The notes beneath the pieces were generated by a model. The model was not told where the DNA came from. It made no database searches and saw only the letters and a list, made by a program, of their open reading frames with translations. From Octopus sinensis (lineage: Eukaryota), in contig NC_043016.1 of the NCBI RefSeq assembly GCF_006345805.1, forward strand, positions 15,004,001 through 15,068,000: DNA of 64,000 nt, read 5' to 3'. This document shows positions 39,001-50,560 of the stretch, in pieces. Each line of letters starts with the position of its first letter. Position 1 is the stretch's first letter. A program made the translations under genes and the position numbers.

Positions 39001-39153
39001 GTGCATTGCATCTTATGGCAGAAACAGCTGTAAGCTAATTAAAATTATGACATAATTTCTTATTCCCTTGTCATTTAATTTCTTTTATATATATCTGAAC
39101 TTTTTGAGGTCATCAAATATTTTATCTTATTTTTTGTTATTGTATTTTACTAG

Positions 39154-39221
39154 GATTTAAAGGAGCCTTTTTAAATGGATCTCGATGGATGCATTCAAGT
39201 CAGGAACCAAACAAAGTCAAG
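39154..39221 (+). CDS. PEPM: PEP mutase exon 2
   Basis: Polypyrimidine tract with ttttactAG acceptor and AAG|GTgagc donor; 68 nt, phase 1 to 0. Reads (G)FKGAFLNGSRWMHSSQEPNKVK. Splicing to the next exon gives [12 protein letters not shown], the N-terminal sequence I recall for mussel PEP mutase. Confidence 0.85.
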
Positions 39222-39925
39222 GTGAGCTATCAAAAGAAAAGAACATAAATTGTAATGACCGTCTAGCTATACCATCCCACTTTCTCTCTCTCTCTCTCTC
39301 TCTCTGTGTCTCGTGTGTGTATGCCAGAGAAGCAGTTATATGTATCTTTAAAGTTCTTGAACCAATTCCTGCAATTCTTCATGTGAATAAGTTGGTGAGT
39401 CATTGTTGTTGGCATGATTGGACAAGAAACAGTAACATTCAGCACACACACATTTATTTATTTCTACTACTACTACTACTACTACTACCACCTTCACCAT
39501 CACCATTAGTACTGTGACATGTGTGCTGTTGGTCAGGCTTTGTGATGAAACACTGGACAGATTGTAGTGTCCACTATTGAAACTAGAATTGTTAAGTGGT
39601 ATTCTGTGGAGCCTGTCTGTAATGTATATAGACAGGCAAGCAGGTTGGTCAGGATTTAGATCCTTGAATAACAAATGTTCATTAGGATCACCTCACACTG
39701 AAAGGGTCCAGTGATAATCTCACCATCTGTGTAGTCTGCAGTTGCATTGCAATTTCAAAAGCTCACCTTGTCATCCATAAAAGGTCGCATGTCAGAGGAC
39801 CAACACAAAATGCTTGAACAAAGATGGCACACGGGTTGACTGTTTGCTTTGTCCTCACCACACCCTCGCCACATTTGTTGACTGTAAGATTACATTGAGT
39901 GAACATCTCTCGCTTTTTCTACAAG

Positions 39926-40135
39926 ATGATGTACTCAATAGCAGAAAGATTGAAGATTGTGGAAACATTATTGAGAATTCATTCTGTTTAGCAAGTGTGT
40001 AAAATTTTTGAAGTCAAGTTTGTAGGTAAAGGCTTACCAGCAAAGAGAACGATAAAAGTGTTGGTCAAGAAGTGGCTTGTTACAGGGCCAGTACACAGCA
40101 CCCCAAAACAAAGAGACCCGACACTTCAAATGCCA
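39926..40135 (+). mobile_element. Tc1/mariner-superfamily transposase N-terminal relic
   Basis: MMYSIAERLKIVETLLRIHSV*QVCKIFEVKFVGKGLPAKRTIKVLVKKWLVTGPV resembles the HTH xYSxxERxxIVE...PxxxTIxxLVxKFxxTGSV pattern. Confidence 0.5.
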
Positions 40136-40685
40136 CAAGTTATTCAAGATATCAGCCAAAGGATTACTCAACGTTCAAAGACGTCAACATGTTAATTGGC
40201 ACAGCAGTCTCACATAAGCAAGAGGTCATGCCAATGGGTATAAAGTTGTAGCCATATCATTTCATATGTGTGCAACAATTAAAAGTGAATGACAAGAGCA
40301 AACTACACTGGGTTTTTGAATAGCACGTACAAGGAAATGAAATAACAAAATGACACTTGCAAACAAAGGGTTAGGTGCTTTCTCATGTGTAAATGTATTT
40401 CTATATTCATACTATACTATGGAACCGAGGCTATTTGGCTATTTTTGAGTGTGCCACCCTGAATATATATATATATATAAACGTATGTATATTTTTTCAA
40501 TGTTTACAAATAATACAGAAATAAATAAATAAATAGTTACCAAGGTAGCAAAAATTCACACAAGTACCAAGAATGTAACAGCCTACTTATAAAGGTAGAA
40601 ACTCCAGGTTCAGGTGAAATGTTTTTGTATAGTATACATAAATAAATAAATGGAGTTAAATGCAAGTGTTATTCAAATCTTTTTA

Positions 40686-40773
40686 TTTCCGACATATGTT
40701 TCGAAGAAAACATTGGTATTATTCCAGAAGGAATAAAATGGTGTAAAACAATGCAGTCTTCTCATCAAGGAAA
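40686..40773 (-). ncRNA. Second hammerhead ribozyme motif (C3U variant), antisense copy
   Basis: The reverse complement reads UUUCC-UUGAUGA-GAAGA...UCUUC-GAAA-CAUAUG-UC-GGAAA, with a palindromic stem III ACAUAUGU and a GUC triplet. Confidence 0.55.
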
Positions 40774-41019
40774 AAGAAACCAAAAACATCAATAAGTCTT
40801 TAACATTCTGAATGTTAAAATGTCTTACTGATGTGTTTGATTTCTTTTTTTCTCTGATGAGAAGACTGCATTGTTTTACACCATTTTGAATACAGTTCTA
40901 TATTTAAGAGATGAGGAATTATGTACATTATTTACATATATTGACAAATATCCGTCAAAAGTAAATAATGTACCATTTTGAATGTTAAAATGTCTTACTG
41001 ATGTGTTTAGTTTCTTTTT

Positions 41020-41106
41020 TTTCTCTGATGAGAAGATTGCATTATTTTACACCATTTTAATGGTGTAAAATAATACCAATGTTTTCTTCGAAACATGTGT
41101 CGGAAG
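41020..41106 (+). ncRNA. Type I hammerhead ribozyme motif, sense to the PEP mutase pre-mRNA (intron 2)
   Basis: Stem I UUUCU/GGAAG; CUGAUGA 41025-41031; stem II GAAGA/UCUUC extended by the 14-bp AUUAUUUUACACCA/UGGUGUAAAAUAAU helix; GAAA 41090-41093; short stem III A-CAUGUG-U; GUC triplet 41099-41101. Confidence 0.7.
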
Positions 41107-42416
41107 TAAAAAGACTTGAATAACACCTGCGTTTAATTCCATTTATATATGTATATATATATATAATATTATATATATATAGTTATAGTTAAGGGTAAAG
41201 ACCCTCTTTGCTCATAAATGACCATGGGATTGCACCTAGAAGTTTCCCTCCAAAACACAAGTCTGAACAAGGTTGTTTGTGAAAGACCAGTAGTTGGCCA
41301 TGCATACCAGACCAGCCTCCCCTCTCCACACCACCAATGTTATACAAGGGAAAGGCAAAGGCAGATACAGCTTGGCACCAGTGACGGTTCAAGTCGTTTC
41401 TACAGCTGAGTGTGTGTGTGTGTGTGTGTGAAGACATGTAGCTTAGTGGTTAGGCTATTTGGTTCACAATCATAGGGTCATGAGTTCGATTCCCAGCAGC
41501 ATGTTGTGTCCTTGAGCAAGGCACTTTATTTCATGCTACTCCAGTTCACTCAACTGATAAAAATGAGTTGTACCTGTATTTCAAAGGGCCAGCCTTGTCA
41601 CATTCTGTGTCACGATGAATCTCCCTGAAAAGTATATGAAGGGGTACACTTGTCTGTGGAATGCTCAGCCACTTGCACGTTAATCTCATGAACAAGCTGT
41701 TCTGGGACCTTCATCGTCATCATAAGTGACGGAGTGCCAGTTATATATATATTTATATAAAGATGAGAATGTACATCTGTCTGTGTGAAGCACTAAAACT
41801 TGAGAACTACACAACCAATTTCATTCAAACTTTACACATATCTTACTTAGGGTCCATGTAGTGTCATGGGCCATTGCCTAATGCGAGCCCAGAGCAATCT
41901 CTTATCTCTTCCACTATTTCAGTATTACGTGTCAAAAGTGAAACAATAAAATCTCTCTGTTCTAATGTCAGATACTTTCACTTTAATACCGAAACTATTA
42001 AAGTGAAACTATTATCTCACATACATATACATTCATACATACATGTATGCATGCATGCATCCATCCATCCATCCATCCATACATACATACAAGTGTGTGT
42101 GTCTGTCTGTCTATGAATCTCTAATGAGTGGATTTCCTAGACAGAAACTGAAAGAAATCAATCATGTGTGTATATATGTAAGTGTATGTGTGTGTCTTTG
42201 TGTAAGTGTTTCTCCCTCATCACTGCTTGACAGTTGCTGTTCGTTTATTTACATCCCTATAACTTATTGGTTTCACAAAAATAGACTGATAGAATAAGTA
42301 CCAGGCTTATCAAAATAAAAAAAAAGCAGTGGTTGATTCATTCAACAAAGAATTCTTCAAGGCAGTGATTCATATTTTTATTTGCTCACTCAATTGTATC
42401 TATCAATCTATCTTTC

Positions 42417-42455
<39 letters not shown>

Positions 42456-42627
42456 GTATATTTATAGGTGCAGGAGTGGCTGTGTGGTAAGTAGCTTGCT
42501 TACCAACTACATGGTTCCGGGTTCAGTCCCCAGCATGGCATCTTGGACAAGTGTCTTCTGCTATAGCCTCGGGCCGACCAATGCCTTGTGAGTGGATTTG
42601 GTAGACGGAAACTGAAAGAAGCCTGTC

Positions 42628-42675
<48 letters not shown>

Positions 42676-42906
42676 GTATATGTGTGTGTGTTTGTGTGTC
42701 TGTGTTTGTCCCCCTAGCATTGCTTGACAACCAATGCTGGTGTGTTTACGTCCCTGTCACTTAGCGGTTCGGCAAAAGAGACTGATAGAATAAGTTCTGG
42801 GCTTACAAAGAATAAGTTCCGGGGTTGATTTGCTCGACTAAAGGCGGTGCTCCAGCATGGCCGCAGTCAAATGACTGAAACAAGTAAAAGAGAGTATATA
42901 TATATA

Positions 42907-42943
<37 letters not shown>

Positions 42944-42971
42944 GACATGTATGTATATGTGTATATATATA

Positions 42972-44672
42972 TCTATTATATAAAAGCCAATGTCTTTATG
43001 TGTGTTCGTGTGTTACTTATAGATTCGAAAACTGCTGCACCGATCCTAATGAAGAAGGGTAATGTTGTATGTTTCATACAATTTCATGGACTAAAATTAC
43101 TGAATGAATCCTTATGATATTTGGAACTTAGATTCAATGCATAAAGGTGGATATAATACAATATGTTTGGTTTGAATTTTAGGTGGCTTAAAGGGGGCAG
43201 AACCCCCTATGAAAATTCATAAATTTTCAATGTTGATGAAATTTCAACCATAGGTAATTGACACACATCGAGATGTATTCCCAAAGTTTCTGCTTCTCAT
43301 GAGGATTCTAAGACCCCTTAATTGGAGGCCTTAACCACCAAATTTTAGTAATTTTTTATGATCCAAAACTAGGTCAAAAGTACTGAATGGATCTTTATGA
43401 AATTTGGAAATTATATTCCATGCATAAGGACAGATGTAATGCAGTATATGTCTAAAAGTGAGGGGGCATAAATTAGGCAATAACCCCCATGGAAATTCAT
43501 TTTTGCTGTTAATGAAATTTTAACCATAGATATTAGACACAAATGAAGTAATATTTCTAAAATTTCAACTTATTAGGGGCTTAACCCCTACAATTTAGTC
43601 ATTTTTCCTAAGATAAGTGCAATTGGAAGCTGTAGGTTACCTGAGTATACAAATGGAGTGTTATTTGTAATTCAATGGTACAACACTGTAAGAGTTTGCT
43701 TTGAGATATACATAGATTGTGATTTCTGCAATGTGGTGCATAAATTGTCAAGTAAAGGAGAGGCATCTTTGCCTCCACTGATTCAGTTGCAAAGTGTTAT
43801 TTTGAGTAAAGTTATTTGGCTGCATACCTCCTTTCAGTCTTTTTCTTATGAATGGGTCACACATAGTCCCCATATGGTAACATTGATTTCAAGGCTTTTC
43901 CAGATAAGTGACTGGTCATTGAAAGAGATTTATAGATTGCAACTTTATTCTGTCTGGTTACCTATCAGCATAGTGATCATTGGCAAACTCTAGAGGTGAC
44001 ACTTTCATTTCTCCTTTGCCCTTACGTCACACAGTTGTTAATGTTTATTTCAGTTGGGTCACGCCCTTCCAATTGCTATAGATCCATAATGCATCTTACG
44101 GCTGTGCCTATCACCTTCATAGTGAGGAATCCTACATTGGGGAGTGGTAACAACTAGGATACGGTAGCTGACTGCTTATTGTGATCATTTGTCTTTTGGT
44201 TTCCTGTAGCTTTGCTCTCTTTTACAAACCCAGTGAACATTCATATATTTCCAATTTCAAAGAAATTTGAACAATAGATATGATATAAGACCCAAGTTAA
44301 AAAAGATTCCCAACAATTCAACTTCTCTGGTTAACATTAAGACGCCCCACTCCCTCCACACACACAATAGGGGCCTTAATTCCCACATTTTAGAGCTCTA
44401 TGTGCTCCATTTTTCAGGAGCAAAAACCTTTAAATAGGTTTCATAAGATTTCGATTTTGGATCTGGGCATAAAGATGAGTAGTATGGGATAAATATGTCA
44501 TCATTAGAATTTTTGTTAGGGAGTGTAAAGAAACAACCCTCGCTAAAATTCTTAATCTGCAATTTTGATGACATTTGAATCCTAGCTATTCCAGTTCATT
44601 ACAGAAAATATAAAAGAAAAGTTTAATTCTTCAACTCCATGTGACATGGGCAAAGCTAGGTATCTCTGCTAG
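42972..44672 (+). mobile_element. Non-autonomous Helitron-like element
   Basis: 5' TCTATTATATAAAAG start and 3' gggcaaagctaggtatctctgCTAG end, inserted between A (42971) and T (44673) in TA-rich flanks. Degenerate internal repeats at about 43200 and 43485. Confidence 0.5.
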
Positions 44673-44707
<35 letters not shown>

Positions 44708-44720
44708 TTAGAGACAATAT

Positions 44721-44785
<65 letters not shown>

Positions 44786-44786
<1 letters not shown>

Positions 44787-45657
44787 ACATTGTCTGATTA
44801 ATAAGTATCCAGACTGTTGCCATAGTAATGAAGCTAAAGCACGCAGAGTGAAGCTGGTTGGCACAGATGGACCTTGGACTCTGCTATGTTTTAATGTTCT
44901 AGCTCACTTTTGCTGTTAAAAGCAGTGCTTGGAAGGGAGGTGTGTAGTGTGTGATCATTGCATTGACTATGACAGAAAAATTTGAGCAGAGAATCTGTAT
45001 CAAATTTTGCCAAAAGCCTGATGATACCTGCTCAGAGGCTTACATAAAGTTTTCAAAAAGTTTCCATCATTCTTGACATAATCAAGATCTTGTGCAACTG
45101 GAACTTGAGTGTCTTTTTGGTCAGCTGAAAGCAGTTTTGGCACAAACTTGGCAGACACACATCTCATGCCCAAATCTTCAGTGATAGTGGACTGGACTGA
45201 ACTGAACCATAACTAATTTGCACATCCTCCAATAACTCACGGATGGTAATTCGATGATTTCCCCTCACAGCTGCATGCACATCTGTGATGTTTTTCTCAT
45301 TTCTGCTGGTTGCGGGTCTCCCAGAATTTTTGTCAATATTTGACATTTTTCAGTCATCTAAGAAACATATGAACCACTTATACACTTGTGTGTGGCTCAT
45401 CCACTTTCTACAACTTTGCATAGGCCTCTGAGCAGGTATTGCCATGACCACTTTCTCTGCCATGGTCAATGTGATGATCACACACTACACACCTTCCTTC
45501 CCAGCACTGCCGTAAACAGCGGAAGTGAGCTAGAATGTTAAAACTTATTGTGCATGCACAGCAGAGTTCAAGGTTAATTTGTGTCTAGCGGCTTCACTCT
45601 GTGTGCTTTAGCTTCGTTACTATGGCAACAAACTAAATACTTATTGATCAAACCTCA
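44786..45657. mobile_element. Mariner-derived fold-back element built from two 5' ends
   Basis: Inverted termini taataagtat...tgttgccatagtaa(t/c)gaagctaaagcac. The + arm encodes MTEKFEQRICIKFCQK; the - arm encodes SGRPATSRNEKNITDV...RITIRELLEDVQISYGSVQ...SAKFVPKLLS. Confidence 0.75.
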
Positions 45658-47199
45658 CACACACATACATATATACATATATGTGTATATATATATATTA
45701 TATATATATATATATATAATATATATATATATACAATGACACCAGTAAAAACTCTGGTGTTCTTTATGTCCTAAGCTGTGATCATCACTCATTTACTGCT
45801 TGGGTAAAAAAATCAATAATTTTGGACAAATGCACAAGGGTGTAGCTACTGTTGGTTTGGTTCTTGACCAAATTATATGCTTCATTATTTTTTATCTTCC
45901 ATCTTTTTCTTGTTTCAATCGTTGGACTGTGGCTGGAGTGCTGCCTTGAACAAATCAACTCCAGTACTTAGTATGGTACATATTCTATTTATCAGTCTCT
46001 TTTGCCAAACTGCTAAGTTAAAGAGGCATAAACAAACACTGGTTGTCAAATGGTGGTGTGGACAGACTTACATGCATGCATGCACAGACACAGACACACA
46101 TGCACACACAACTACATGCACATGCATACACAAACATGAATGCGTGCACACAGACATGCACACCTGCACACACACACACACACACCATTACCATCATCAA
46201 CATCTTATCTTGCATTTACGTATGGGACTCTCTTAAGTTACAATTATGTTAGTAAAACAATCCTAAAGGTGCTGATGCTATAGATAAAAGATAATCTCCC
46301 CAAATAACATAATCTATTAATCCACTTGAACTTAGTCATTGTTTTATGAATATACACAATGTATTACAAAGAAAATATATTTAGTGAAAGCCACACAAGT
46401 GCTTGACCTCAACCATTGAATAGCATGGCATCTGCACTTGGTTGTTCTCTTTGTTTTTCTTATGGCAATGAGATTTTATTTGTGAAGTTTAATTCTTAGA
46501 CTGCTGAGTGCAAGGCAAGGATTCCAAATCTCAACCCTTTTGTTAGCATATTTCTGTTGAAATATGCTGCTTTTGTTTTAATTAATTTTGAAAATAACAA
46601 GCAATTTAGTAAAATAACTTTGTCATTTTTAAACTACTGTTTGTAACATAAATTAACATAAATTAACATGAAATTATGATGAAAGATTTTAGGTTGGTTT
46701 GCTGTAAAGCAGAAAGATTATATAATAGAACTAGTAGCAGTTTCAGACAGGTTGGTATGAAAAGGATTAAATCAGTAAATATTTGTTCTGTGCCTTTAGC
46801 GCATTTGCCCTACTTACCTTTTTGACTACTTAACTGTATTGATAGATTACATTTTACCTGCCCTAGTGATCTAATCTCTCAACTTTGTTTGTAAATCACA
46901 TGACTGCTTGCCAACCTACCTTGTAACTGGTTGACTATCTTAGCATCTACTTCAGTCAAGTGAAAGGATATTCACTAATAAAAATAGTTATTCTAAAAAT
47001 TAGTAAATAGGTAAAGTTAAAAAGCCATGACTCATAAAATAGCTTGGGAAAATGGCTGTACTGTTCATTTTTAGTACTTGTGTAAATTGCAAAATTTGAT
47101 GGGTTGGATTAGTTGATAGTATTGGTCTATGTACTTGTTTTGTACTTGATACTTAAAAGATGAATGGTCCAGTTGACCTTGGCTGGAATAAATACTGCA

Positions 47200-49413
47200 T
47201 GACATTTTGTAAGGGTGGTGGTTGCAAGGTGGTTACTCAGGCAGCTCAAAGGGAAGCTAGGGAGCAGGTATACTCAGCCAGGAGTGAAGCAGAAAGGAAG
47301 AAGTTTGCCAATGTCTTACAGCATGAGAACCAGATGCTTGAAGTATTTCCATTTGCAAGACAGTGTGCCAGGGAAAACTGTAATGTTGTGGGAGAGAAGT
47401 GTGTTTGCATGGACGATGGCTCAGTTGCGGTTAGTGACTCTGCAAAGAAAGAGGCTTGGAAGTGTCACTATGAAAGGCTACTAAATGTAGAGAATGCATG
47501 GGAGAAGGAGAGTCTGCTCAATGTAGGTCCAACTGAGGGACAAGCAATCCAAATAGACAGTAACATAGTAGATAAAGCCATGAAGGATATGAAGACTGGG
47601 AAAGCTCTCAGTCCATCAGGAATCACTGCAGAGATGCTTAAAGAATCTGGCAATGTGGGGGTATGGTCTGGTTAGTCATACCCAATGACTGATGTAGCAA
47701 CATCATAGTCAACTGCCACAAAGGTAAAGGTGATGCCTTAGACAGAAATAATTATAGAGGTATCAAACTGTTATCTCAGGTGATGAAAGTAACAGGGAGG
47801 GTCATAGCTCAACTAATTAGGACGAGAGTTAGTCTAGATGAGAGGCAGTTTTGTGTTAGGGAGAAGCACCACTGATGCTATATTTCTAGTATGGCAGCTG
47901 CAGGAGAAGTACTTAGCCAAAGACAAACCTCTGTACTTGACTTTTGTTGACATGAAGAAAACCTTTGACAGGGTCCCCTGATTCCTTATCTGGTGGTCAG
48001 TGCGGAAACTAAGGATAGACAAGTGGCTGGTGAGAGCAGTACAAGCCATGTACAGGGATGCTGTCAGTAAGGTGAGGGTTGGCAACAAGTATAGTGATGA
48101 ATTCAGGGTTCAAGTAAGGGTTCATCAAGGATCAATCTTCAGCTCCCTCCTGTACATCATAGTCCTCCAGGCAATTGCCCCTGGCAGCTCCTCTATACTG
48201 ATGACCTTGTTCTCATAGCCAAATTACTTCCAGAACTAGAGAAGAAGTTTCAAGTGTGAAAGCAAGGCCTAGAATCAAAGGGCCTTAGAGTTAACCTTGC
48301 AAAAACCAAAGTCTTAGTAAGTAGGAAGGCAGACAAATCAGAAATCACGTCTGGTAGATGGCCCTGCTTGACCTGTAGAAAAGATGTAGGTAGAAACTCC
48401 ATAAGATGTACCCACTGTAAGTTTTGGACACACAAGATTTGTAGCAATAAAAGAGGTAAGTTAACAGGGGAAATATTTTTTGTGGGTGAAAGGTGCACAA
48501 GTACAATAAACACGACAAATGTACAGAAAATAGACTCCATCAACTGCCAGCAGGGTAAGCTACAGGTAATTGATAGCTTCTGTTATCTAGGTGACTAAGT
48601 AGGTAGTGGAGGCGGATGTTCCAAGAGTGTAGCTGTGAAAATAAGAATAGGATGGACAAAGTTCAGAGTGCTCCTACCTCTGCTGGTACCAAAGGGCCCC
48701 TTGTTCAGGGTGAAAGGTAGGCTGTATGATGCCTGTATGTGAACAGCCATGTTGCACAGCAGTGAAACATGGGCTGTGACCACTGAGGACATGCATAGGC
48801 TTGAAGAAAATGAAGCTAGTTAGTTTCATTGGATGTGCAATGTCAGTGTGCATGTACAATAGAACATAAGCTTCTTGAGAGAAAAGCTGAGCATAAGAAA
48901 CATCAGATATGGTGTGCGAAAGAGAAGACTGTGCTGGTATGGTCATGTGATGCGTATGGATGAGGACAGCTGTGTGAAGTGCTGATCTCTAACTGTGGAG
49001 GGAACTTGTTGGCGAAGTCAACCCAGGAAGACATAGGATGAGGTGGTGAAGCATGATCTTTGAACGTTGGGCCTCATAGAGTTGATGTTAAAAGCACCTG
49101 TGAATTGTCATGGTCAATGCCGGTGCCAATGCATTTTAGTCGTGGTCATTGTCAGTGCCATGTACATGGCACCCACCATGAATTGTAGTTGTGGTCGTTG
49201 CTGGTGTCATGTAAATGGGACCTGTGCCAGTGGCACATAGAAGTACCCATTATACTCCTGGAGTGGTTGGCATTAGGAAACACATCCTGCTGTAGAAACC
49301 ATACCAAACTCAGATTGGAACCTGGTGCAGCTCTCCCGCTCATGAGCTCCAGTCAAACTGTCTAACCCATGCCAGCATGGAGAGCAGATGTTAAATGATG
49401 ATGATGATGATGA
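47200..49413 (+). mobile_element. Degenerate 5'-truncated RTE-clade LINE with 3' UTR and (GAT)n tail
   Basis: KEAWKCHYERLLN, MKTGKALSPSGITAEMLK, KGKGDALDRNNYRGIKLL, FVDMKKTFDRVP, VHQGSIFSSLL, LLYTDDLVLI and FCYLGD fragments with stops and frameshifts, followed by the abundant 3' UTR ending ...gatgttaaatgatgatgatg. Confidence 0.9.
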
Positions 49414-49494
49414 CGCCATTCCACCAGAGTATCACAATAATAATAATATTAATAATAATAATAATAATGATAATAATAATAACAATAATAATAC

Positions 49495-50560
49495 ATTGTC
49501 AAAAGCTAGGAAGTAGTTGATGATGTATGGAGCCCTCCATCCGAAAGCTGACATCAACCGGCTGCACTTGGGGAGAGACGAGGGTGGAAGAAGCTTAATA
49601 GCAGCAGAGGGATATGTATAGATGAAAAAAGAAAACGTCTAGTAGAGTGTTTACAGAGCAGCACAGAAAAACTGCTAAAGAGAGCGAATAAAGAACAGGG
49701 GATGAAGCACATGATAGGAGAAAAAGACAAGAATGAAATACGAAGAGAGCACATCAGACAAATCAACCCCTGCATGGCTAATTTTAGAGAACCGCCGAAG
49801 AAGTATGTGGAACAAAATTCTGGGCTGGATTAAAATAACGAAAAAAAGAGAAATAGTCTAATTGTAGCAGCCCAAGATCAAGCAATAAAAACAAACCACT
49901 TGAGAAAAAATATATATGGAGAGAATGTATCAGAAAAATGTAGAGCTTGTGGAAATTGGAACGAGAAAGTGGTACACATTGTGGCTGAAAGCACCAAACT
50001 GGCACAGGAAGAATATAAGAAATTGAAGCATGACCAGATTGTAAAAGCTATACTCTGGAAACTGTGCCAGAAATGGAGATTTGAAGCTGGAAACATGATA
50101 CAATCATTGAGTTGAAAGAGTACTGGAGATTTTGTCAGACTTTCCTATTGAAACGGACATGAAGTTAGAAAATAATAGACCAGACTTCATGATTATAGAT
50201 GAGGAAAGGTGAAGTTGTTTACTTATTGACTTGTCATGCCCATTTGATTCCAGGATAATAAAGAAAGAGTAAGAAAACAAAAAAAACACAATCCCTTAAA
50301 ATTTGAAATAAGAAGAATTTGGAGCGTGAGGACAGTAATGGTCATTTCTATAATAATTGGTGCGTTGGGAAGAGTAAGGAAAGATGTAGACAAATGGCTG
50401 AAGGAGATGGAAATAGAATGTTCTGTAGAGCTTCTACAGAAAGTTTGTCTCTTAGGGACAACAAGGATTATCAGGAGAGTTCTAAGCACCTGAAAGACTT
50501 TGGAAAATTTGAGAACACCTAAGGTTACAGGTAAAAACCAAACCTGAGCCAAACCAAAAT
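49495..50560 (+). mobile_element. 5'-truncated R4/Dong-like LINE flanked by (AAT)n on both sides
   Basis: MYGALHPKADINRLHLGRDEGGRSLI, CRACGNWNEKVVHIVAE...YKKLKHDQIV, NNRPDFMII, IIIGALG and LQKVCLLGTTRII fragments. AAT tracts at 49437-49492 and 50558-50577. Confidence 0.85.

Larger units (their letters stand above)
40646..41146. mobile_element. Penelope-like inverted terminal-repeat composite (head-to-head pseudo-LTR fragments)
   Basis: 40646-40720 is the reverse complement of about 41070-41146. There is an internal palindrome centred on ttaacattc-t-gaatgttaa (about 40810). The central 40890-40975 matches the repeat at 59597-59660. The Penelope assignment is inferred from the hammerheads and inverted architecture. 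Confidence 0.55.

Noticed and set aside
39185-39517. Tracked ORF MDAFKSGTKQ... overlapping PEPM exon 2
   Set aside because: Wrong frame; the splice-phase-consistent frame reads FKGAFLNGSRWMHSSQEPNKVK, and the rest runs into microsatellite.
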